Shown here: piece after piece, positions 1 through 8,253 of the stretch
Layout: each line of letters begins with the position of its first letter
How positions within the stretch are numbered: the stretch's first letter is position 1
From: an uncultured Phycisphaera sp.
GTDB taxonomy: Bacteria > Planctomycetota > Phycisphaerae > Phycisphaerales > Phycisphaeraceae
Assembly (NCBI GenBank): GCA_964543215.1
Contig: CAZIXN010000002.1
Location: forward strand, 1 to 41,507
DNA length: 41,507 bases
Direction: 5' to 3'
Program-made: the position numbers and the translations under genes
The notes under the pieces: model-generated
Database searches by the model: none
What the model saw: only the letters and a program-made list of their open reading frames with translations
What the model was told of the DNA's origin: nothing

Positions 1-2
1 TG

Positions 3-296
3 TTTGGGGATGCGAATCTCAACGGGGCGATCGAGCAGGGGGACTTGGATGCGGTGCTCAATCATTGGGGGATCAACAACGCGTCGATCGCGGATGCGAA
101 CGACTATGTGTCGTGGGTGACGGGCGACTTCACCGGGGATGGCGTGGTGGATCAGGCGGACCTGGACGCGGTGCTCAACGGGTGGGGGTCGTCGTCGGTT
201 CCGGACTTCCGTGGGGTGGTGGTTCCCGAGCCGGGGGTGGCGCTGGTGGGTTTGCTCGGGACGCTGGGCGTCGTGGCGCGTCGGCGTCGGGGGTAG
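3..296 (+). CDS. PEP-CTERM-anchored protein, C-terminal fragment (5' end lies outside the window) with dockerin-like repeats
   Basis: The frame is open from the window edge (FGDANLNGAIEQGDLDAVLNHWG...). A second repeat reads GDFTGDGVVDQADLDAVLNGWG. It is followed by VPEPGVALVGLLGTLGVVARRRRG, i.e. a PEP motif, a hydrophobic helix and a basic tail. The stop is TAG at 294-296. Confidence 0.75.
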   Translation, partial: FGDANLNGAIEQGDLDAVLNHWGINNASIADANDYVSWVTGDFTGDGVVDQADLDAVLNGWGSSSVPDFRGVVVPEPGVALVGLLGTLGVVARRRRG

Positions 297-306
297 ATTC
301 CCATGC

Positions 307-621
307 ATGGGCGCATCGACGTGGCTTTGGTTGGCGGGGGTGTACCTGCTCTGGGTCGCGCTGGCGTGCCTGGTGTCGGCGGGGCTGATCGGCTGGGACA
401 AGCGGCAGGCGCGGCGGGGCCGGTGGCGGGTTCCCGAGGCGACGCTGCATCTGTGGGAGGTGCTCGGCGGCTGGCCGGGGTCGTGGATCGCGCGGCGGCA
501 CTTTCGGCACAAGACGGCCAAGCGGTCGTATGTCTGGACGGCCCGGGCGGCGGCGGCGGTGCATGTCGTGACGGTCGCCGCGATCGTGGCGCTGCTGTAC
601 GGCGGGGCGTTGCGGGGATGA
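307..621 (+). CDS. DUF1294 family membrane protein
   Basis: ATG at 307. Motifs WDKRQARRGRWRVPEATLHLWEVLGGWPGSWIARRHFRHKTAKRSY match the DUF1294 signature (DKxxA..RxPE..L.....GG..G......FRHKT.K). Confidence 0.8.
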   Translation: MGASTWLWLAGVYLLWVALACLVSAGLIGWDKRQARRGRWRVPEATLHLWEVLGGWPGSWIARRHFRHKTAKRSYVWTARAAAAVHVVTVAAIVALLYGGALRG

Positions 622-850
622 TCGGACGTTCGGGCGCGTCTTGCGAAACGATCGGCGACGTTTCGGGCGGTTGGGCGGCGCTTGTTCTGCAAGAGCCCGG
701 CGTGGGTGGCCCCTCTGCGGATTGCGTGAATCCCCGACGCAAACTCTTCAAGGAACTGGCCGATAGCTGCAAGACCGCCGCATCGGTGCGGGTTGTTATT
801 CGGCCACGGGGGGTGGCCGACACCGACGGGCTTGTTGGGGGGAGTTTCAC

Positions 851-2176
851 ATGGACCATTCAAAGGGTATCGGTACGTCCATCGAGATCGGCGCGTTGCG
901 CGTCGGGGAGCGTCTGTCGAACGATATGTACGACGGGTCGGGCCGCCTGCTGCTGGCGTCGGGCACGATCATCACGGATCATTTCCTTGAGGTGCTGCGT
1001 AGTCGCGGGATTCGGACGGTCCGCACGCAGGGTGGCGCTATGGAGCAAGCGGCGGACAAGCCGGGGGACGCAGCGGCCAGTGCGTCCAAGGGCGACGCGG
1101 CGCAGCGCGCGTTCGCCGCGGACGCGCCGCCGGACGCGACGGCGTACGCGCTGACGGACCGACCGCGGCCCGGTAAGAGCCGGCTGGACCCCGACGCCTT
1201 CGAGCGCGCCAGCCGGGATGCGACCCAGCACGCCGAGCAATTGATGGGTGCCTGGGAGATGCAGGGCGGCCCATGGATCGAAGCGGTGCAGCCGTCGCAC
1301 GTGAGCGGTGGGCGGTCCACGCGCGGGCTGGACGCCGGGCCGACGACCGATCTGTTGCATGCGGTGTTGCCGGTGATGGCGTTGGACGTGGACCTTGCGG
1401 CGGTGATGGCGAACCTGTCGCCGGCTGCGCGTCACCCGATCCTCGCGCACGGGGTCCGGACGGCGTTGGTGGCGATGCACCTGGCGCAGCAGATCGGCTA
1501 CCCCGAGCCGCGCATTATCGATGCGGGGCTGACCGGCATGCTTGCCGACATCGGCATGGCCCGGCTGCCCGAAGCGGTGCTGACCGCCAGGCGGCCGCTC
1601 ACGCCCAACGAATGGCTCGACGTCCGGCGGCACCCGGCCTATTCCGCCGACCTGCTCGAAGACGCCAGCGTTCCCAAGGACGTCCGCGTGGCGATTTACC
1701 AGCACCACGAACGCCTCGACGGCTCGGGCTACCCGCACGGGCGAAAGGGCTTTTTCCTGCATCCGCTGGCGCGACTGGTCGCCGTCGCCGACGTCTACGC
1801 CGCGCTGTCGGAACCGCGCAGCCATCGGCCGGCACAGTCCGCGCATCACGCGGTCAAGGCCGTGCTCATGGGCGTCAAGGCCGGCTCGCTGGATCCGGTG
1901 GCGGGCAAGCTGCTGGTGGACACCGTGGGCCTGTTCCCCGTGGGCAGCCGGGTGGACGTGCAATCCAGGACCCCCGACGCCGGCCCCACCATCCCCGCGT
2001 GTGTGCTCCGCAGCCCGGACGACCAGCCGGACCGGCCGTTCCTGGTCGTCCTCGACGAGCGCGGCCAGCCCACGAAAAAGAAAATCGACCTGACCGTCCG
2101 CGACGAGCTGCGCATCACCAAGATCTATGCCCCCGGCGAAGCCGCACCGATCGGCGGCAAAAGCAAAGCCGCGTGA
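851..2176 (+). CDS. HD-GYP domain protein (c-di-GMP phosphodiesterase family) with a degenerate HD dyad
   Basis: Contains HHERLDGSGYPHG (GYP motif). The upstream metal-binding block reads GMLADIGMARLP, where LHDIGK is expected. The ORF is 441 aa with high GC3. Confidence 0.85.
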   Translation: MDHSKGIGTSIEIGALRVGERLSNDMYDGSGRLLLASGTIITDHFLEVLRSRGIRTVRTQGGAMEQAADKPGDAAASASKGDAAQRAFAADAPPDATAYALTDRPRPGKSRLDPDAFERASRDATQHAEQLMGAWEMQGGPWIEAVQPSHVSGGRSTRGLDAGPTTDLLHAVLPVMALDVDLAAVMANLSPAARHPILAHGVRTALVAMHLAQQIGYPEPRIIDAGLTGMLADIGMARLPEAVLTARRPLTPNEWLDVRRHPAYSADLLEDASVPKDVRVAIYQHHERLDGSGYPHGRKGFFLHPLARLVAVADVYAALSEPRSHRPAQSAHHAVKAVLMGVKAGSLDPVAGKLLVDTVGLFPVGSRVDVQSRTPDAGPTIPACVLRSPDDQPDRPFLVVLDERGQPTKKKIDLTVRDELRITKIYAPGEAAPIGGKSKAA

Positions 2177-2204
2177 ACACACGCCCACGCGCCGATGCGG
2201 GCGA

Positions 2205-2687
2205 TCAGCTGCGCTTGACCATCGGCCGGCCACGATCGGGCTCGTGGACCGACTTGCCCATCAGCGCGAGCTTGGTCTCCAGCGCGTCGGCCATCTGTTG
2301 CAACGACGTCTCGCGGAGATACTCGGAGATCTGTGCCCGCACGGGCTTGAAATCCTCGTGCTGCGGGCAGGGCTGCTTGTCGTTGCACGCCGCCAGGCCC
2401 ACGACGCATCGGCCGACGTGCTCCTTGCCATCGATCGCCTCGACCACGTCCATCAGCCGGATGCGCTGGGCGCTCTTGGCCAGCGCGTACCCGCCGCCCC
2501 GGCCCTTGGCGCTGATCAACAGCTTTGCCTCCACCAGTTCGCGGAGCACCTTGGCGATGAACGGCGCGGGCAGGTCCGTGCCTTCGCAGATGTCGCCGAC
2601 CTGCACGTACCGGTCACCGGCGATCACCGCCAGCCGACACAGCGCCCGGATCGCGTACGCACAGGTTGTCGAGTAAAGCAGCGGCAT
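2205..2687 (-). CDS. Rrf2 family transcriptional regulator
   Basis: ATG at 2687 (cat at 2685-2687). The N-terminus MPLLYSTTCAYAIRALCRLA...ICEGTDLPAPFIAKVLRELVEAKLLISAKGRGGGYALAK is a typical Rrf2 wHTH. A C-terminal Cys cluster (CVVGLAACNDKQPCP) is present. Confidence 0.9.
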   Translation of the reverse strand: MPLLYSTTCAYAIRALCRLAVIAGDRYVQVGDICEGTDLPAPFIAKVLRELVEAKLLISAKGRGGGYALAKSAQRIRLMDVVEAIDGKEHVGRCVVGLAACNDKQPCPQHEDFKPVRAQISEYLRETSLQQMADALETKLALMGKSVHEPDRGRPMVKRS

Positions 2688-2805
2688 AAGCGAATATCGT
2701 ACCGGAAGGTCGGCAATCCTGTCCAGATCGTCTCGAAAACGGCCACCCGGCCGCGGCGGCGCATGACGGTCCGCACCTCCGCGAATGCCCCGTATTCTGC
2801 GGCGT

Positions 2806-3519
2806 ATGAACGGCCTGATCGTCGTGGACAAACCGGTCGGCCTGACGTCGATGGACGTTGTGCGGCGCGTCCGGCGGTCGGCGCGGGACGGCATGCGTCT
2901 CGCCGGACACGACATCAAGCGCGTCAAGTGCGGCCACGCCGGCACCCTCGATCCGCTGGCGTCGGGCGTGGTGGTCTGCGGCGTCGGCAAGGCCACCAAG
3001 CTCATGGCGACAGTGATGGGGCAGACCAAGCGGTACGTCGCGGACGTGTCGCTGCGCGGCTTCACCGCCACCGACGACGCCGAGGGCGAGCCGGACATGA
3101 TCCCCGTCGACATCGAAGCCCCGCCGACGCGCGCGCAACTCGACGCAGCGCTCCGCACACTCACCGGCACGATCCAGCAGGTGCCGCCGGCGTATTCGGC
3201 GATCCACGTCCACGGCCAGCGCGCGTACAAACTCGTGCGGGCCGGCGAGGTCGTGCAACTCGAAGCACGCCCCGTGCGGGTCGATCGCATCGACGTCCTG
3301 CGCTACGCCTTCCCCGAGCTCACGCTACACATCACCTGCGGCAAAGGCACCTACATCCGCAGCCTCGCACGCGACCTGGGCAAAGCGATGCACACCGGCG
3401 GCTACCTCACCGGCCTGCGCCGCACCGCGGTCGGCGACTTCACGCTGGAACGCGCACTGCCCATCGAACGCTTCGCCACGCCCCTGCGCGACGATGAGTT
3501 GATCCCCATCGACGCTTGA
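2806..3519 (+). CDS. truB: tRNA pseudouridine(55) synthase TruB
   Basis: MNGLIVVDKPVGLTSMDVV...KCGHAGTLDPLASGVVVCGVGKATK is the canonical TruB N-terminus with the catalytic Asp motif. An alternative upstream ATG lies at 2785. Confidence 0.9.
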   Translation: MNGLIVVDKPVGLTSMDVVRRVRRSARDGMRLAGHDIKRVKCGHAGTLDPLASGVVVCGVGKATKLMATVMGQTKRYVADVSLRGFTATDDAEGEPDMIPVDIEAPPTRAQLDAALRTLTGTIQQVPPAYSAIHVHGQRAYKLVRAGEVVQLEARPVRVDRIDVLRYAFPELTLHITCGKGTYIRSLARDLGKAMHTGGYLTGLRRTAVGDFTLERALPIERFATPLRDDELIPIDA

Positions 3520-3539
3520 TCGATTGCGGATGGTGCGAG

Positions 3540-3580
3540 CCGAGGACTTCGTCCTCGGTGCCGGCGACACAGTCGCCGGC
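3540..3580. terminator. Twin GC-rich mini-hairpins between convergent truB and the DUF501 gene
   Basis: The first hairpin is ccgaggac-ttc-gtcctcgg (3540-3558). The second is gccggcgac-aca-gtcgccggc (3560-3580). They have perfect 8- and 9-bp stems with 3-nt loops and no U-tract. Confidence 0.5.
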
Positions 3581-3588
3581 TCACGCGT

Positions 3589-4125
3589 TCACGCTTTGTC
3601 GGTGCGCTCCAACGCCCAAGCGCCCACGACGTTCACGCGCTCCGCCCCCGCCGCGCGATCCGCCAGCGCGTGCGCGACGTGCGCGTGCAGGCATTTGATC
3701 CTGCTGGCGTCGGCAACCCCGCCCACGCCCACGTCGCGCAGCGCCGCCGTCCAGCCCAGCGCTTCGATGGCCTCGAGCTGCGCTTCGCTCAGCAACGCCC
3801 ACCGCGCCGCGGCGTAACGCCCGTGATCCGCCGCCACCGCCGCCGCGAACGTTTCGTCCTGTTCCACAAGGGTTTCGAGCCGTTTGACCCACCCCTGCCG
3901 CTCCAGGTCCGCCACCGCGCGGTGCAACGGCCCGTCACGCAGCCAGTAAAGCGTCGGGAACGGCGCGATCGGCGTCGTGCCATCGGAGGCGAACTTCAGC
4001 GGGAAGACGGTTTCGATTTTGGATTTTGGATTTTGGATTTTGGATTGGCCCGCAGGCAGATCGTGATGCGGCGGAGCCGGCAATCCAAAATCCTCATTCA
4101 AAAATTCAAAATCGCCGACCTTCAC
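3589..4125 (-). CDS. DUF501 domain protein (start uncertain)
   Basis: PFPTLYWLRDGPL and GVGGVADASRIKCLHAHVAHALA match DUF501. No in-frame ATG exists. An in-frame GTG at 4125 overlaps the upstream gene's TGA (GTGA), but this would place the heptad hairpin inside the N-terminal coding region. The 581-aa track ORF (3589..5334) is a read-through artefact. Confidence 0.6.
   Translation of the reverse strand: MKVGDFEFLNEDFGLPAPPHHDLPAGQSKIQNPKSKIETVFPLKFASDGTTPIAPFPTLYWLRDGPLHRAVADLERQGWVKRLETLVEQDETFAAAVAADHGRYAAARWALLSEAQLEAIEALGWTAALRDVGVGGVADASRIKCLHAHVAHALADRAAGAERVNVVGAWALERTDKA
4015..4113. repeat. ORF-less hairpin built from heptanucleotide tandem repeats (GATTTTG)n
   Basis: The left arm at 4015-4048 is gattttg x4 followed by gattgg. 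The right arm is at 4081-4113. A 13-bp perfect core (ggattttggattg / caatccaaaatcc) has an imperfect extension. The loop is about 32 nt. Confidence 0.85.
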
Positions 4126-4679
4126 GGCTCGCGCCGCTCGACGTAGAACATCGAGTCCGACGCGCGCGGCCCGAGCATGTGCCAGCTCAGCGGGAACTTC
4201 AGCCCCAGCCCGCAATACGACGCGAAGACGTGCTGTGCCCACTGGTACTGCTGCTCGATGTTCTTCTCCACGCGGCGCACGTCGGCCGGCGGGATGAAAC
4301 TGCAAGTCTGGTACGACCAGTTCGGGTCCATGCGAACGATCAGGTGTCCCTCGTTCCACTCGATCGGATAGCCCTGCAGCGGGCCGGTGCCCGTGCCGGG
4401 CGTGTGGAACCAGAAGCACAGGAAGCGGTCTTTGTCGGCGACGCTGTGGTTCTGGCCGCCGCCCTTGAGGAGCTTGGCGTGGCTGACGCGGCTGGCGGGC
4501 ATGCCCCAGCGGTTCCGTGCCAGCCAGATGCGCCGGTCCTTCACGTCCATCAGGCCGACGTGCGCGTAGTCGCCGCGGAGCTTGTCGGTGCAGAACGCGC
4601 GGTTGATGCCCCGCGTCGACGGACACGCCGAGGCGAGGTCGACGGCGGCGGTGGGTTGGGATTCGGTCACGTCGGGCAT
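4122..4679 (-). CDS. hypothetical protein (Trp/Cys-rich, no family recognised)
   Basis: The ORF has coding-like composition and ends FYVERREP* (TGA at 4122-4124). ATG at 4679, with an alternative GTG at 4685. GC is slightly lower than in the neighbours. Confidence 0.6.
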   Translation of the reverse strand: MPDVTESQPTAAVDLASACPSTRGINRAFCTDKLRGDYAHVGLMDVKDRRIWLARNRWGMPASRVSHAKLLKGGGQNHSVADKDRFLCFWFHTPGTGTGPLQGYPIEWNEGHLIVRMDPNWSYQTCSFIPPADVRRVEKNIEQQYQWAQHVFASYCGLGLKFPLSWHMLGPRASDSMFYVERREP

Positions 4680-4812
4680 GGCCACGGCTTCGTGGGGGTC
4701 GTGCGGCGACGCCGTCCGTGGCGACAGACCGTATCGTAAGCCTCTCTCGGCCGGACGCCAGCCCCAACCCCGGCCCGGTCGCTATCCGGACCCACTTTCC
4801 CGAAAGTTTTCC

Positions 4813-5286
4813 ATGCCCCAACCCGCACCCGCCGCCGCGACCCAACCCGCCACCCCAACCATCCCAACCGTCTGCCCCCCCACCGCCGGAACCCTCGCCG
4901 CGCTCAACACGGTCGACGACGCCACGATCCTGCACCTGCTCCTGCCCCACTGCGACTACCGCCTGCACCTGGTCCTCGACGGCGACCTGCCCGCGTCCGT
5001 GCAACTCGGCGACAAGCTCACCGGCACGATCCACGCCCGGGCCCTGCGCGTCGACAAGATCACCGCCGGCGGCCGGTACGTCGAGCCCGGTAACGGCCGA
5101 CCCCGCCGCGTCCAGGGCGCCGTCGTCGGCGGCAACACGTCCGAGAGCGCGCTGTTTGTCAAGGCCGGCCCCGCCACGCTGGCCTGCACCCTCACCGACC
5201 CCCGCCAATCGCTCGCGGATTTCACGCTGCACCAGATGGTCAGCTTCGACATCCAACGCGGGGCGAGCTTCAAGCCAAAGGCTTGA
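4813..5286 (+). CDS. hypothetical protein
   Basis: ATG at 4813 (MPQPAPAAATQP...). The ORF has high GC3 and encodes 157 aa. The stop TGA at 5284-5286 lies a few nt upstream of the left arm of the 4HB cassette. Confidence 0.55.
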   Translation: MPQPAPAAATQPATPTIPTVCPPTAGTLAALNTVDDATILHLLLPHCDYRLHLVLDGDLPASVQLGDKLTGTIHARALRVDKITAGGRYVEPGNGRPRRVQGAVVGGNTSESALFVKAGPATLACTLTDPRQSLADFTLHQMVSFDIQRGASFKPKA

Positions 5287-5290
5287 AGCA

Positions 5291-5734
5291 GGGTTCGGGG
5301 AACCGGGAACTGGGATCAGGTAGGAAAGCGTCATGGATCAGGCGAGTTATCGGAAGTTGAACGCGTGGCAGAAGGCGATGGATGCGTTCGATGCCGTGTA
5401 TGCGTTGTCGCGGGGTTTTCCTGCCGATGAACGCTTCGGGTTGACGCCGCAAGTGCGACGCGCCGCTTTGTCCGTACCTTCGAATATCGCCGAAGGCTAC
5501 GGACGGAAACATCGAAAGGCTTACCTGCAACACCTGTAAATCGCTCGCGGCTCGCTGATGGAGGTCGAAACCCAACTGATCGCCGCCGTGCGACAGAACA
5601 TGTGTTCCCGGGATCAGGCCAAGCCGGTCTGGGAAGCCTTGCAGGAAGTCGGACGATTGCTCAACGGCCTGATCCGATCCCTGGAAAACCGCCCGGACGC
5701 GACACCCGACCCCTGATCCCCGTTCCCCGAACCC
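5291..5734. repeat. Inverted-repeat-bounded cassette A (arms 5291-5320 and 5712-5734) enclosing a 4HB ORF
   Basis: gggttcggggaac (5291-5303) is complementary to gttccccgaaccc (5722-5734). gggatcagg (5312-5320) is complementary to cctgatccc (5712-5720). An 8-nt bulge interrupts the left arm. The arms are G-rich repeats of about 7 nt (gggttcg/gggaacc/gggaact/gggatca). Confidence 0.8.
5333..5716 (+). pseudogene. four-helix-bundle protein (23S rRNA intervening-sequence protein / Avd-like family) interrupted by an in-frame TAA
   Basis: The 5333-5536 part encodes KLNAWQKAMD...ERFGLTPQVRRAALSVPSNIAEGYGRKHRKAYLQHL. A TAA follows at 5537-5539. The same frame continues IARGSLMEVETQLIAAV... to TGA at 5714-5716. 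The family motif (F/L)LxIAxGSxxExxxxL spans the stop. Confidence 0.8.
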
Positions 5735-5741
5735 CGCTCCC

Positions 5742-6794
<1,053 letters not shown>

Positions 6795-6819
6795 CGCCCA
6801 CCCTCCACCGCGCGATCGC

Positions 6820-7806
6820 TCAACCCCGCGTCGCCAGCCACGCCACGTACCCGCCGTACGACAGCAGCAACACCCCCGCCTCCGGCCGGGTGAGCGACTT
6901 GCCCGACAACGCCAGCGGCAGCAGCGCCACCGAGAAGCCGGCCATCACCAGCAGGTCCACGATGCCCCCGGCCGGCAGGTCGATCGGCGAAATCGCCGCG
7001 GTGGTCCCGAAAATGAACAGCAGGTTGTAGATGTTGCTGCCCACGATGTTCCCGATCGCCAGGTCGGTCTGACCCTTGCGCGCCGCGATCAGACACGTCG
7101 CCAGCTCCGGCAGCGACGTGCCGATGGCCACCACCGTCAGCGCGATCACCACCTCCGGCACGCCCAGCGCCGTCGCCACGCCGGTGGCGCCCACGACCGT
7201 GCCCTGACCGCCGACAATCAGCAGCGCCAGCCCCGCCAGCACCAGCCCGATCGACGCGGACATCGACATCGACGCTTTTCCAACGGCCTCAACGCCGCTG
7301 GTTTCGGTACCGACCGCCTCGAAGCTCTGGTTCCGTGACCGCAGCGCATCGGCCAACGTGTAGTACAGAAACACGCCGAACAGCAGCAGCAGCACGATCC
7401 CGTCGTCGCGGTCGAACCGATCGAACTCCCGCCCGGTCAGCAGACGATCTTCCGCCAACACCAGCACCGCCAGCGTCGAAAGCACCATCATCGGCAGCTC
7501 GCGCACGATCACCGTGTTGTGCACCGCCAGCACGCGGTACATCGCCGTGATCCCCAGCAGCAACCCGATGTTCGCGATGTTTGACCCCACGACGTTCCCG
7601 AAGCCCACAGACGCATCGCCGCGGTACGCCGCCGCCAGGTTCACCACCAGCTCGGGCGTGCTCGTCCCGAACGCCACCACCGTCAGCCCGATCACCAGCG
7701 ACGGCACGCCCAGCCGCTCCGCCAACGCCACCGCGCCCTTGACCAGCCACACGCCGCCCAGCAGCAGCAACGCCAACCCGCCCAGCAAAAACGCCGCATC
7801 GAGCAT
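6820..7806 (-). CDS. calcium/cation antiporter (CaCA / YrbG-like Na+/Ca2+ exchanger)
   Basis: Two alpha-repeats are present: GFGNVVGSNIANIGLLLG and AIGNIVGSNIYNLLFIFG, plus GTSTPEL and GTSLPEL. ATG at 7806. The track ORF start at 7815 is TTG. Confidence 0.85.
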   Translation of the reverse strand: MLDAAFLLGGLALLLLGGVWLVKGAVALAERLGVPSLVIGLTVVAFGTSTPELVVNLAAAYRGDASVGFGNVVGSNIANIGLLLGITAMYRVLAVHNTVIVRELPMMVLSTLAVLVLAEDRLLTGREFDRFDRDDGIVLLLLFGVFLYYTLADALRSRNQSFEAVGTETSGVEAVGKASMSMSASIGLVLAGLALLIVGGQGTVVGATGVATALGVPEVVIALTVVAIGTSLPELATCLIAARKGQTDLAIGNIVGSNIYNLLFIFGTTAAISPIDLPAGGIVDLLVMAGFSVALLPLALSGKSLTRPEAGVLLLSYGGYVAWLATRG

Positions 7807-7811
7807 CCGAT

Positions 7812-8195
7812 TCAATCATTTCTGCCGACGACCGGCGTTACACCTTGCCAAAACCCCCGCGAAACATGAAGAACACCGCCCCGCACAAACATCGCCCCGC
7901 CCACAGAAAATCCCAACGCAGCGGCTCCCGCATGTAGCGGCACGCAGAACGGCACGAACACGCTCAGCGTGATCACCTCCTGCAGAATCTTCAGCTGCGG
8001 CAACGACATCGCCGTATGACCGATCCGATTCGCCGGCACCTGCAGCAGATACTCGAACAACGCAATGCCCCAACTCACCAGCGCCGCGACGTACCACGGC
8101 TTGGCGGACAAGTCGCGCAGGTGCGCGTACCACGCGAACGTCATGAAGACGTTCGACGCCACAAGCAGCGCGGCGGTGGTGATGAAGACCGGCAT
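7812..8195 (-). CDS. DMT-superfamily DUF486 membrane protein, apparently frameshifted near 7937-7943
   Basis: ATG at 8195 (MPVFITTAALLVASNVFMTFAWYAHLRDL...LQVPANRIG...QLKILQEVITLSVFVPF). After VFVPFCV the family-like C-terminus YMREPLRWDFLWAGRCLCGAVFFMFRG continues in another frame, ending at TAA 7838-7840. Confidence 0.75.
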   Translation of the reverse strand: MPVFITTAALLVASNVFMTFAWYAHLRDLSAKPWYVAALVSWGIALFEYLLQVPANRIGHTAMSLPQLKILQEVITLSVFVPFCVPLHAGAAALGFSVGGAMFVRGGVLHVSRGFWQGVTPVVGRND

Positions 8196-8253
8196 CAAGC
8201 GGCGGCTCAAGGGGGTGGGCGAGCGGAGTCGACCGAGACGCCGACCGCTTCGC

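Noticed and set aside
621-668. An imperfect direct repeat (gatcggacgttcgggcg / gatcggcgacgtttcgggcg) upstream of the first HD-GYP gene, considered as a regulator binding site.
   Set aside because: It is short and imperfect, with no dyad symmetry or known motif. It cannot be distinguished from chance in GC-rich DNA.
3589-5334. A 581-aa minus-strand ORF that would fuse the DUF501 gene to upstream sequence.
   Set aside because: Only the C-terminal part (about 140-180 aa) matches DUF501. The remainder overlaps two better-supported genes (4122-4679 on the minus strand in another frame, and 4813-5286 on the plus strand) and has shadow-frame composition.
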